Shown here one piece after another: positions 55,436-63,069 of a stretch of DNA of 63,168 bases. The DNA is taken from IMG/VR virus record IMGVR_UViG_3300034093_001431, positions 1 through 63,168 of that record; one strand, 5' to 3'. The notes below the pieces were generated by a model that ran no database searches, was not told the DNA's origin, and worked only from the letters and a program-made list of their open reading frames with translations. Each line of letters opens with the position of its first letter. Within the stretch, counting starts at the first letter, position 1. Source of the stretch: a virus. Lineage: Duplodnaviria; Caudoviricetes. The translations under genes and the position numbers were made by a program.

Positions 55436-56077
55436 TTACTTGTTTGTTTTGATTGCTGTTAACTTTGCTTTCACTTCCTTGTTCACGCGGTACTTCTTGT
55501 ACACATCCTCGATAGACCCGCCCTTCTGAATGTGCGCGACCACCTTGGTATAATTCTCAGACGATTCATCTAGCCAAGGCTTCTCCTTAGCTGGCTGTTG
55601 AGCGGCAGGCGCCACGTTGGACTTCTCCTTCCCGTCTGGTCTGATGATAGCGTCCACATCATCCTCGTCCGTGGATACTAAGAACTGCTTGAGTAGGAAG
55701 TACCTGATCGCGTAAGTGACAGCTGACCCGAAGCCCTTGTCCCAGTCGTTCATCCCGTTACCCGCCCACATACAGTCCATGCTCTCGCCTGATTCGATAT
55801 CTATCCAAGTCATCTTCATGGTGATGGACGTGAACACTTCCTTCTTTACGTTACCCTTGGAGGTGGTGTATTCCTGAGTCTGGTTACTCATGCTGAGTAC
55901 CTCCGACTTAAGGATGACCTTGTGCTCGTCCATCAGTGGTCGGATGATACCGATAATCTTGTCCCCGCTAACGTACTTAAAACCGTTGGGGTTGTAATTG
56001 CTCTTGGTGTCCTCGTCCTTTGCGACAGCTCTCACCTTGCACTGAATTTCGTGCAGCTTTTTTAATAGATGCTTCAT
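55436..56077 (-). CDS. erf: ERF-family single-strand annealing protein
   Basis: GSAVTYAIRYFL...L.STDEDDVD; C-terminal KPWL. Confidence 0.88.
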   Translation of the reverse strand: MKHLLKKLHEIQCKVRAVAKDEDTKSNYNPNGFKYVSGDKIIGIIRPLMDEHKVILKSEVLSMSNQTQEYTTSKGNVKKEVFTSITMKMTWIDIESGESMDCMWAGNGMNDWDKGFGSAVTYAIRYFLLKQFLVSTDEDDVDAIIRPDGKEKSNVAPAAQQPAKEKPWLDESSENYTKVVAHIQKGGSIEDVYKKYRVNKEVKAKLTAIKTNK

Positions 56078-56481
56078 ACCTGTTTGTTTATTAATTTATA
56101 TTTGATTGCGTACCTCAGCGACTGCTTGTGCTGAGATGATTGATGCCTCCATATTACTGTGACCCACAGCGCGTCACCTGTCCTAGGTCTTAGCTTGAAT
56201 ATCCTCATCAGCACAGCCCTCCTCTTTTTTGGGTCTGGCTCGACAGCTATAAAGAGCGGGTCGAACAGTACCACCGCCCTAGTCCAGTACCTGTACCTAG
56301 GGTTCTCGATCCTAAGCAGGACCTTCTTGATGGTCTTGACTAGCTTCTGCTCTAGCTTCATGTCGTTTCGGATGGACGTGAACTTGTCGACCTGCTGCCT
56401 CCTCTTCCTTTCTAAGACAGAGTTGACCACCACTGGCTTATGTTTTTTTCTAGCTTCCCGCTTTCCTGATTGTCTGCTCAT
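56074..56481 (-). CDS. Basic hypothetical protein
   Basis: Operon context. Confidence 0.6.
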   Translation of the reverse strand: MSRQSGKREARKKHKPVVVNSVLERKRRQQVDKFTSIRNDMKLEQKLVKTIKKVLLRIENPRYRYWTRAVVLFDPLFIAVEPDPKKRRAVLMRIFKLRPRTGDALWVTVIWRHQSSQHKQSLRYAIKYKLINKQV

Positions 56482-56674
56482 CTCTGCGTATGATTTTTAT
56501 GATCCTCTCCCACTCCTTGAGGTCCGCCTCTGTGTACTGGTTCTTCCCGTCGAAGACTCTCTTGACTAGCCTCCACTGTCGCTGCTCCTTGTACACCTTG
56601 AATGCCTGCTTGTATGGGATGGGCCTGTCTATAAAGAACTGAACTACTGCCCTTGCTCTTGACTCTCGTGACAT
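56450..56674 (-). CDS. Hypothetical protein
   Basis: Operon context. Confidence 0.55.
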   Translation of the reverse strand: MSRESRARAVVQFFIDRPIPYKQAFKVYKEQRQWRLVKRVFDGKNQYTEADLKEWERIIKIIRRDEQTIRKAGS

Positions 56675-57063
56675 ATGTACTCCCTGCCCGTGATTAGTTT
56701 CAAGTCGATAGCCATACCGCCGAACAGGTGAAGCAGCGCCTCGTTCAACTCAGGGGTGTGCTTGTCCTCATCCATGAGCAGCGGCTCCATCTTCTGCCTC
56801 TTGATGTTCATGGCTCTGGAAATTTCTGACAGGTTAAAGTAGTCCCTGTAATCTACCAGAGTACTCATGAAGTTAGGCATGTTCGCGTAGTATATGCTCT
56901 TCCACTTTGGATCCTTCCATATGAAGGCGATAGCCAGCGCATGACTTAAGCACGACGAGTACTCCCTTAGTATCTTCGGAGGGGTGAGCGACACAGCCTC
57001 TGCGGCTAGGTCTTCGGGCATCGTGAGCAGCCACTCGTGAACTGTTGTTTTATTTATCGACAT
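56644..57063 (-). CDS. Hypothetical protein with HTH-like C-terminal half
   Basis: FNLSEISRAMNI; follows TATATTTG box. Confidence 0.55.
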   Translation of the reverse strand: MSINKTTVHEWLLTMPEDLAAEAVSLTPPKILREYSSCLSHALAIAFIWKDPKWKSIYYANMPNFMSTLVDYRDYFNLSEISRAMNIKRQKMEPLLMDEDKHTPELNEALLHLFGGMAIDLKLITGREYICHESQEQGQ

Positions 57064-57083
57064 ATTTTGTAGTTGTTTTGCAG

Positions 57084-57091
57084 CAAATATA
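57084..57091 (-). promoter_or_regulatory. TATATTTG -7 box driving recombination operon
   Basis: Consensus match in intergenic gap. Confidence 0.65.
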
Positions 57092-57267
57092 TAACATAAC
57101 ATGCTGACTATTAATTTAATCTGAACTTTTAATTGTTAACAGATTCCGTGTCTAATTTACACAGAAAAGTAGCGCCAGTCCCTGCACTACTTGATAAATA
57201 TTCTCTATAAGTATAAGAAACTTATTGGGTTTATTTATCACCTGTTAACTTGTTAGGACTGGTAAAC

Positions 57268-57423
57268 TTACCACCTCCTGCGCTTGACTAGCTTCTTGTA
57301 CTTGGGCCTTATGATTGCGACCACGGTAAAGAATACCATGAACTTGACGCCCGCGTACATATTGAACATGGCGGAGATGTAAAGTACAGTAACTGAAAGT
57401 GTGACTGTTAGTATGTGTATCAT
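57268..57423 (-). CDS. Small membrane protein (51 aa)
   Basis: Translated by hand; hydrophobic then basic tail. Confidence 0.5.
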   Translation of the reverse strand: MIHILTVTLSVTVLYISAMFNMYAGVKFMVFFTVVAIIRPKYKKLVKRRRW

Positions 57424-57568
57424 GCTCAGTGGTTTATTAGTTTAACTGTTGCCGCTGTACTCAGGGCGAGGAGTGCGAGTGTAAGCACGGCTGATACAAG
57501 CCTGCCGACCCTGTTCATTTTCTCCCACCTGATAGCCATCCGTGCGAACGACATCAGGTACAGCACGA

Positions 57569-57766
57569 TCACGACCTCCATACCCGTTCGTTTTTTATTT
57601 TCCAGTGCCTGCCCCATTGGAACTGGCACTTATAGAACCTGCCTGTCAGGGTCTGGTAACTCGTGTCGTGCTTCCTGATAATGACGGAGCCCACGAACAT
57701 GGACACCGAGGAGGAGTAGTCTACCTGCCCCTCGGATGATACCACTACTGGTTTTGTCTGTTCCAT
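57569..57766 (-). CDS. Hypothetical protein
   Basis: Overlapping operon context. Confidence 0.5.
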   Translation of the reverse strand: MEQTKPVVVSSEGQVDYSSSVSMFVGSVIIRKHDTSYQTLTGRFYKCQFQWGRHWKIKNERVWRS

Positions 57767-58137
57767 TCTTCTACCTTTTTGTTTAGCTGATCCCTTCTAG
57801 TGTTTATAGCCTCTAACTCCGCCTTGATTTGTACGATCTCTTCATTGTAAGAGGTTTGCTGTATGCGTTCTAGGAAGACGCGAACATCTTCTTCTATAGC
57901 ATCAATGTTTATCCCGTCAGATTCATAGTCTATGTTCCAGTCCATGTGCACCCTGCGTGCTCCGTTTACATGAACGTAGACCCTGAACGTGTAGTGGGTG
58001 TCCGCTACCCTTAACTCCGCCATGTCCTCGTTCGCAAACAGGATGTTCTTGATGTCGTCACGGAAAGTAAGTTTCTTTGGCGTGTTGTGAATAGCATCCA
58101 CCACCATGTTGGCAATATTTTCTACCTGTTGTTTCAT
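57745..58137 (-). CDS. Hypothetical early protein
   Basis: Operon context. Confidence 0.65.
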   Translation of the reverse strand: MKQQVENIANMVVDAIHNTPKKLTFRDDIKNILFANEDMAELRVADTHYTFRVYVHVNGARRVHMDWNIDYESDGINIDAIEEDVRVFLERIQQTSYNEEIVQIKAELEAINTRRDQLNKKVEEWNRQNQ

Positions 58138-58436
58138 CTTCTTGTTATTATAAATTCTAAGTTTGATTTAGTTATCCTGCGCCCGACTTCGGTGGCGATG
58201 TACTCAGCCGTGTCCTCCTCGAGAGAGTTGTCGGTGTGATCCGAGCACCACTCAAAGTCTACGGCGTCGATGTCCTCGATGATATCCTCGATATCCTCTG
58301 GCTCAAAGACGTGGGCTTCTATCTTGGCTAGGGTCGAGGCCTTGGAGGACAGGCTCGGCAGGCTGTCTTCATCTACCAAGTCCCACCTCCATGTGTTCAG
58401 CACGCGGCACACCGCGTATAGGTCATTTGCTTTCAT
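58134..58436 (-). CDS. Acidic hypothetical early protein
   Basis: Asp/Glu-rich core. Confidence 0.65.
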   Translation of the reverse strand: MKANDLYAVCRVLNTWRWDLVDEDSLPSLSSKASTLAKIEAHVFEPEDIEDIIEDIDAVDFEWCSDHTDNSLEEDTAEYIATEVGRRITKSNLEFIITRR

Positions 58437-58767
58437 GCTTGTTTCTCTTGTTAACGTATCTTGATATGTTGTTTACCTGAAAGGACATGCCCTTCATGTA
58501 CTCTGGTATGGTGAGCATGCCGTACCTTTCGGTGGACTGTAGCACCGCGATGCCGACCTTGGTCCTAGGCTTCATGCCCATACGGACCTCGGTCTCTTCA
58601 TGCCACCTCTCGAATGACTCCACCTCCTCGGCGGGGAACATGTACCCTTCAAAGGATAGGTGAGTGAATAGGTTTCTGACTGTCGCGTGTACCTGCGCTA
58701 GGTACTGGGCAGACTTGGGGTCTAACTCGTTAGCCTGCTTGCTGCTGTTGTAGAATGTCTTCTTCAT
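58423..58767 (-). CDS. Hypothetical early protein
   Basis: Operon context. Confidence 0.65.
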   Translation of the reverse strand: MKKTFYNSSKQANELDPKSAQYLAQVHATVRNLFTHLSFEGYMFPAEEVESFERWHEETEVRMGMKPRTKVGIAVLQSTERYGMLTIPEYMKGMSFQVNNISRYVNKRNKHESK

Positions 58768-58768
58768 G

Positions 58769-59152
58769 TTACTTGTTAACTATAGCGTTGAATAATCTCA
58801 TCAGCCTCAGGGTCTCGGGCGTCCTGTCGAACAGGCGGGACTTGTTGTAGTCCCTGTGCCCGTGGTAAGGGCAGCAGTAATAGATTCCTGTGCTCCCTTC
58901 AATCATCACCTTGAAGTAAGGCGTGCCCTTGGCGCTCAAAGACTCGGCTATGCACTGACGTGTTACCTGTACAGGCGTGGGCTTTTCGAATGACCTCTTC
59001 CTGACATCCCTTCCGAAGCGCTTGCTTATAATCTCCACCACGTCAGCGACCAAGAGGTCACCTAACTTCTTTCGGTTTCCGTGGAAGCGTGGGAGTGGGT
59101 AATGTTTAAGAGCCTTCACCTGCTCTATTTGTTTTGCGGTTAAATTCTTCAT
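58769..59152 (-). CDS. Hypothetical early protein
   Basis: Operon context. Confidence 0.65.
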   Translation of the reverse strand: MKNLTAKQIEQVKALKHYPLPRFHGNRKKLGDLLVADVVEIISKRFGRDVRKRSFEKPTPVQVTRQCIAESLSAKGTPYFKVMIEGSTGIYYCCPYHGHRDYNKSRLFDRTPETLRLMRLFNAIVNK

Positions 59153-59463
59153 TGTGCGTTATTGATTAGGTTTACTATTTCCTTGTAGCTTATCTTAGAG
59201 AACCCATCGCAGAACGGACATAGCCACCCTAGTGCGTCTTGGATAACCTCTTCGTCGACGACCTGCTTGTCTTGCCAATCTTTATAAGATGTTTTCCCTT
59301 CGGAAATTCCATCTAAATTGTCTTGGTCGTATCGCTCTATCCTGTCTTGATAATAGGTAGATACAATGTGTTCACCATTGTGATGCACGGTAGCTATGCC
59401 ACCGTCTTCTAGTATGACGGTCGCGTCCGTTTCTTTATTGAGAAAACCTACTGCGTATTTCAT
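59149..59463 (-). CDS. Hypothetical early protein
   Basis: Operon context. Confidence 0.65.
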   Translation of the reverse strand: MKYAVGFLNKETDATVILEDGGIATVHHNGEHIVSTYYQDRIERYDQDNLDGISEGKTSYKDWQDKQVVDEEVIQDALGWLCPFCDGFSKISYKEIVNLINNAQ

Positions 59464-59475
59464 TGTGTTATTGTT

Positions 59476-59661
59476 TTAATTATTATTTCCGTATTCATAG
59501 CACATCTCCATGCCGAGGTCGCCCTCTCCATACTCTTCGAGACAGCGCTCAAGTTTTTTCTTTTGGTCAACCCTGTGTGCTGCCTGTTCGACCGCGACAA
59601 GGAAGGCTGCCAGACCTAGTGCAAGCAGCAGCAGGCTGACGATGTTTGTTCTGTTCTTCAT
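59476..59661 (-). CDS. Small membrane-anchored protein
   Basis: N-terminal TM, two Cys. Confidence 0.6.
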   Translation of the reverse strand: MKNRTNIVSLLLLALGLAAFLVAVEQAAHRVDQKKKLERCLEEYGEGDLGMEMCYEYGNNN

Positions 59662-59858
59662 GACTTACTGTTTATGTGGTTTATGTAATTCTTGTAGTAG
59701 CTACAGCCCTTGGCGTAGACCTTGCCGTAGGTGGCGTCGTAGAGGCACTCGTCCCCTACCTTTATGAGTTCACCTGTAAGGGCGCAGGATGACCTGTACC
59801 TTGCCTTGATTATTCTTGAGCCTTCAAGGTGGTGGCTCGGTGGTGTGTAAATTCCCAT
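59658..59858 (-). CDS. Small Cys-containing protein (start MGIYTPPS)
   Basis: AR.RS.CA.TG..IKVGD motif. Confidence 0.6.
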   Translation of the reverse strand: MGIYTPPSHHLEGSRIIKARYRSSCALTGELIKVGDECLYDATYGKVYAKGCSYYKNYINHINSKS

Positions 59859-59873
59859 GTCTTTATTTATTTG

Positions 59874-59915
59874 CAGCACGGGCGGGAGTCGAACCCACCC
59901 TGCGACCTTCGTGCT
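59874..59915 (-). ncRNA. Minimal tRNA mimic (acceptor stem + T arm only)
   Basis: AGCACG/CGUGCU stem stacked on GUGGG-UUCGACU-CCCGC. Confidence 0.6.
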
Positions 59916-60106
59916 TATCCTTCTATCTCTCTAAATTCTAACTCGTCAATGATCAGGGACCTCTCGTTCTCCACTTCCTTGTATATCCTGTCGCCGCTGT
60001 CTATGACGTGACAGTATTCGTTGAGTGTACCTAGCACCTCGTTGAGGCAGTGCAGTCGTTCGGATAAGGTGTACCCGCTCAGTTGTTTTACTTGCTTCTT
60101 ATTCAT
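59915..60106 (-). CDS. Hypothetical early protein (start MNKKQVK)
   Basis: A-rich leader; stop overlaps tRNA mimic. Confidence 0.6.
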   Translation of the reverse strand: MNKKQVKQLSGYTLSERLHCLNEVLGTLNEYCHVIDSGDRIYKEVENERSLIIDELEFREIEG

Positions 60107-60117
60107 TGCTTTGGTTT

Positions 60118-60402
60118 TTATTGGGCGCATAGTTCCCACTGTTGATACTTTTTTATAGACCTGCCGTCTAGGCCAAGGCGGCTGCAAACGAACTTCGCTA
60201 GTTTTTTGAGACCTCGCTCGGTGTCTAGCCTGTTAGTGCCGATGGCTTCAACTACTTCGCTAGGGCTCATGCCTAGCACCCTGCTACAGAACTTTACATC
60301 CTGTCCTAGGTAGAAAGTTTTGGTGACCTTGCCTGTGGTGCAGTGCAGCGTCCAGTTGTGTTCAAACCCGTAGTGTGACGATACTGTGATGGTAGCTTTC
60401 AT
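60118..60402 (-). CDS. Hypothetical early protein
   Basis: Operon context. Confidence 0.65.
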   Translation of the reverse strand: MKATITVSSHYGFEHNWTLHCTTGKVTKTFYLGQDVKFCSRVLGMSPSEVVEAIGTNRLDTERGLKKLAKFVCSRLGLDGRSIKKYQQWELCAQ

Positions 60403-60403
60403 C

Positions 60404-60610
60404 TTATTTATTTTTTTGGTTATTGAATACTAAGTCCTCGTTGTACTCGAAGTTGCCAGTCTCTATAAACTCTAGCACCTCTTCCTTGTAAGCGTACTCG
60501 GCGCGGAGGTCGTCGCCTAGGTTTAGCTTGTACTGTTTGTGACCCTCGTGGTCCTGTGTGCGTGTGACCTGCCCTGTCAGGAGCATCCATGCAAAGATTA
60601 ATTTTGTCAT
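60404..60610 (-). CDS. Hypothetical early protein
   Basis: Operon context. Confidence 0.6.
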   Translation of the reverse strand: MTKLIFAWMLLTGQVTRTQDHEGHKQYKLNLGDDLRAEYAYKEEVLEFIETGNFEYNEDLVFNNQKNK

Positions 60611-60879
60611 GCTGTTTTATTTATGGCGTATTTTATAGCCTTAGTGAGTGCCTTTCTTGTAGACTGTGACGCGTTCCTGAGGCCCGCGAAGGCCATCATC
60701 GCGCTCGTTACTGAGGCGAACTGAATAATCGCCCATGCAGCGAACTCGTACACGGTGTAGCCCTGTGACACTAGCCTGTACACCTCGTCATTTGTGTTGA
60801 ATTGACTGCCTTTAGGGTAGTCCCATGTTTCAGTCTCGATAGCGCTGATGTAGCGCTTGAGTATTTCGTTTGCTTTCAT
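60607..60879 (-). CDS. Hypothetical early protein
   Basis: Operon context. Confidence 0.6.
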   Translation of the reverse strand: MKANEILKRYISAIETETWDYPKGSQFNTNDEVYRLVSQGYTVYEFAAWAIIQFASVTSAMMAFAGLRNASQSTRKALTKAIKYAINKTA

Positions 60880-61136
60880 GCTTTTGATTTAAAATATATT
60901 TTAAGTAATTCAAGATCGCTAGGTTCATCCGATAAATTAGGCTCAGCACCTTGCGTATCGGAGAAGTATAACTCCTCTATGTATTCAAAGAAACTGTGTC
61001 TCTCAAAATAATCCATCTTGCGAAATAAACCCCTCGCTTGTCGGTGTTGACCATTAACCTTGCTTTCAAGGATGTAGTCAAAATATTCTTGCAAGGTGTT
61101 AAAGTTTAGTTCGGTGACATAACTTGGAATCCTCAT
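60876..61136 (-). CDS. Hypothetical early protein
   Basis: EYFDYILESKVNGQ..QA..LF motif; downstream of hammerhead. Confidence 0.65.
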   Translation of the reverse strand: MRIPSYVTELNFNTLQEYFDYILESKVNGQHRQARGLFRKMDYFERHSFFEYIEELYFSDTQGAEPNLSDEPSDLELLKIYFKSKA

Positions 61137-61154
61137 AAGTATGTTTTATTTATT

Positions 61155-61211
61155 GGTTAAGACGGGCGCTAATTGCACCCGTTTCGACTAATTAAGTCTC
61201 GTCAGTTAACC
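61155..61211 (-). ncRNA. Type I hammerhead ribozyme (HHR-C)
   Basis: GGUUAA CUGACGA GAC-UUAAUUA-GUC GAAA CGGGUGC-AAUUA-GCGCCCG UC^UUAACC. Confidence 0.93.
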
Positions 61212-61666
61212 TTGGCTAATTCTTGAGCTACAGTCCTTGCATATGCTGACTTCTGTGCATAGGTCCCTGCCTGTTGTGGGGCAGGTAATTCTATAACCTT
61301 GTCGAGGTCTACGCTGTAGATGGCCCGTTGATTATTAAGCATGCCGTACAGGGCAGCCTCTTCGATGCTATCAAACTGATAAGACACGTCTAGCACTAGC
61401 TTTCCGTTTTCCCACCACCCGCCGATGTGGGCGCCGTTATTCATCAGGTCCTTGCGGTTATTTTCGATGAAGGCATTGACCTCTGCGGTTATGACGTCTA
61501 CCTTGAGGTCCCGCTTGTACCTGTTGTAAACAGGCGACAAGTTAACGATGTGCTCGCTTTTTGCCTGAGAGGCGAACACGCCTGTTGTAGGCTTCCCTGT
61601 AGTCAGGCTGTAGCTTGCGCCTGTGCTGTCCACTAGGGACTCGATAAAAGATTGTAAGTTATTCAT
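61202..61666 (-). CDS. Hypothetical early protein
   Basis: IGGW..NGKLVLDVS...A...G..NNQRAIY; stop UGA is part of hammerhead core. Confidence 0.7.
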   Translation of the reverse strand: MNNLQSFIESLVDSTGASYSLTTGKPTTGVFASQAKSEHIVNLSPVYNRYKRDLKVDVITAEVNAFIENNRKDLMNNGAHIGGWWENGKLVLDVSYQFDSIEEAALYGMLNNQRAIYSVDLDKVIELPAPQQAGTYAQKSAYARTVAQELAKVN

Positions 61667-61676
61667 TGTATTTGGT

Positions 61677-61922
61677 TTATTGATAAATAATTCTTGTTAC
61701 TGTTGCGACCTCGTCACCTGTGTGTAGTTGATAGGCTATGCCGTCAGTTTGGTAGTGGACCGTGTCGCCTTTTTGAAGGGTTTCGCTAGCTATGAAGAAC
61801 GAAACGTCGCCGTCCTCAGCTATTGCTATCCTGTTTTTAACGTCCTCGACCTTCTCAAAGGTCTCCTTTTCGCACGAAGCGAGCGCTGTTGCTAGCATTA
61901 TTGCTGTTATATATCTTCTCAT
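61677..61922 (-). CDS. Lipoprotein
   Basis: MRRYITAIMLATALASC lipobox. Confidence 0.75.
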   Translation of the reverse strand: MRRYITAIMLATALASCEKETFEKVEDVKNRIAIAEDGDVSFFIASETLQKGDTVHYQTDGIAYQLHTGDEVATVTRIIYQ

Positions 61923-61930
61923 ATTTTAAT

Positions 61931-61980
61931 GGTTAAGACGCCTCTCGGCGTTTCGTCCATACAGGACTCGTCAGTTAACC
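61931..61980 (-). ncRNA. Type I hammerhead ribozyme (HHR-B)
   Basis: GGUUAA CUGACGA GUCC-UGUAU-GGAC GAAA CGCC-GAGA-GGCG UC^UUAACC. Confidence 0.95.
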
Positions 61981-62220
61981 TATCACCAATTCGTACGCTT
62001 GGAACGACGGCTCGTACTCTCCGTGCTCAGCCATCATGTCGTCAAGTTCGTAGAACTCGGTGTTTCCGATAGCTTGTAACTCGTGAGAGACGGCTATTAT
62101 CGGGTGCTTATCTCCTCTTGTTGGGTGCTCGTAGAACGTGATGACCTGCCCGAGTGAGTTAGTCATTTCCCCTAGCTTGGTAGGGTTATAGGACATGAAT
62201 TTAGAATAACTTGTGTTCAT
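61975..62220 (-). CDS. Hypothetical early protein
   Basis: NSLGQ.I.FYEHP.RGD motif; flanked by two hammerheads. Confidence 0.7.
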   Translation of the reverse strand: MNTSYSKFMSYNPTKLGEMTNSLGQVITFYEHPTRGDKHPIIAVSHELQAIGNTEFYELDDMMAEHGEYEPSFQAYELVIG

Positions 62221-62236
62221 TTTTGTAAAATTTAAT

Positions 62237-62292
62237 GGTTAAGACGGCCACAATTGTGACCGTTTCGAATATTTAATTCTCTTCAGTTAACC
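62237..62292 (-). ncRNA. Type I hammerhead ribozyme (HHR-A)
   Basis: GGUUAA CUGAAGA GAAU-UAAAU-AUUC GAAA CGGUCAC-AAUU-GUGGCCG UC^UUAACC. Confidence 0.93.
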
Positions 62293-62474
62293 TGTTCTAG
62301 GTTGACGCGGTAGTCATATCCGACACCGCCCGCCTCTTTGCCGTCCCAATTGTCTAGGTTATGCACTTCGCACAGGGCCTGTACACACTTTCTCGCGTCG
62401 CCATAAGAGGCGTAGAGGAGGTTTATTGAGTCAGGCTTCTGCATGGATGATAGGACTACTTTGTAATTTGTCAT
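62283..62474 (-). CDS. First early gene, hypothetical (start MTNYKVV)
   Basis: Leader UAACCAAUUAAAUUUUAC nearly identical to that of the next gene. Confidence 0.65.
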   Translation of the reverse strand: MTNYKVVLSSMQKPDSINLLYASYGDARKCVQALCEVHNLDNWDGKEAGGVGYDYRVNLEQVN

Positions 62475-62489
62475 GATAGTAAAATTTAA

Positions 62490-62792
62490 TTGGTTAGCGG
62501 GACATGGGGCGCACGATGCCCCTTGTACGTTAACATGTGACCTACTCACATACCCCGTATCTCTTGCGTCGCCTCCCTGTCTATTTAACAGGCTCGGGTC
62601 AGTTTAGCTAATTAAAACGCTGTAGTATGTTTCCTACATTATCGGGCTGACTCCCGTCCTTCGCTTGCGCTAAGGCTAACCATCTTGAGTTACCGTGAGA
62701 TGGTGAAAGCACGTTTTATGTCTTCTACGTTTTACCCGATATCACATCGATGCTACACGTAAGGGTTGACTACTCAGTCCCTGTCGTTTGAC
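62490..62792 (-). ncRNA. Long structured, probably pseudoknotted leader RNA
   Basis: Several hairpins and crossing long-range complements; no credible ORF. Confidence 0.5.
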
Positions 62793-62797
62793 GTCGG

Positions 62798-62830
62798 CAA
62801 AGATGGGGTCATCGTTTTTAAATTTCCAAA
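62798..62830 (-). promoter_or_regulatory. Putative early promoter (TTTG-N21-CATCTTTG)
   Basis: -33/-7 Bacteroidota-type spacing with one mismatch in the -7 box. Confidence 0.5.
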
Positions 62831-63069
62831 TAAATTTTACATTAACCTTCTGAAAGGCGCAATTTATGCGGGTGAAATTTTTATTTTCTCAGTGTTTACG
62901 AGGGATGCAGGAGGGGAAAACACACTAAACCATTGCAAACACAGGTGGTTCAGGGGGCGCAAAGTAACACAGGTGAGCGCAATTTTGGTACAGGTTCCGT
63001 GTCAACAGGGGAGTAAAAGGGTGCCGATGACAGGGTGAAAGTAACTAGCGAGGGAGGAGGGGAGGAGGG

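Noticed and set aside
61155-62292. GGTTAA...TTAACC repeats as CRISPR or attC sites
   Set aside because: Spacing is gene-sized, no cas or integrase gene is present, and the conserved bases match the hammerhead core exactly
62576-62592. UUAAAUAG as a pistol ribozyme signature, or CUGACCCGA as a fourth hammerhead
   Set aside because: Pistol P1/pseudoknot not found; hammerhead GAAA and core spacing absent
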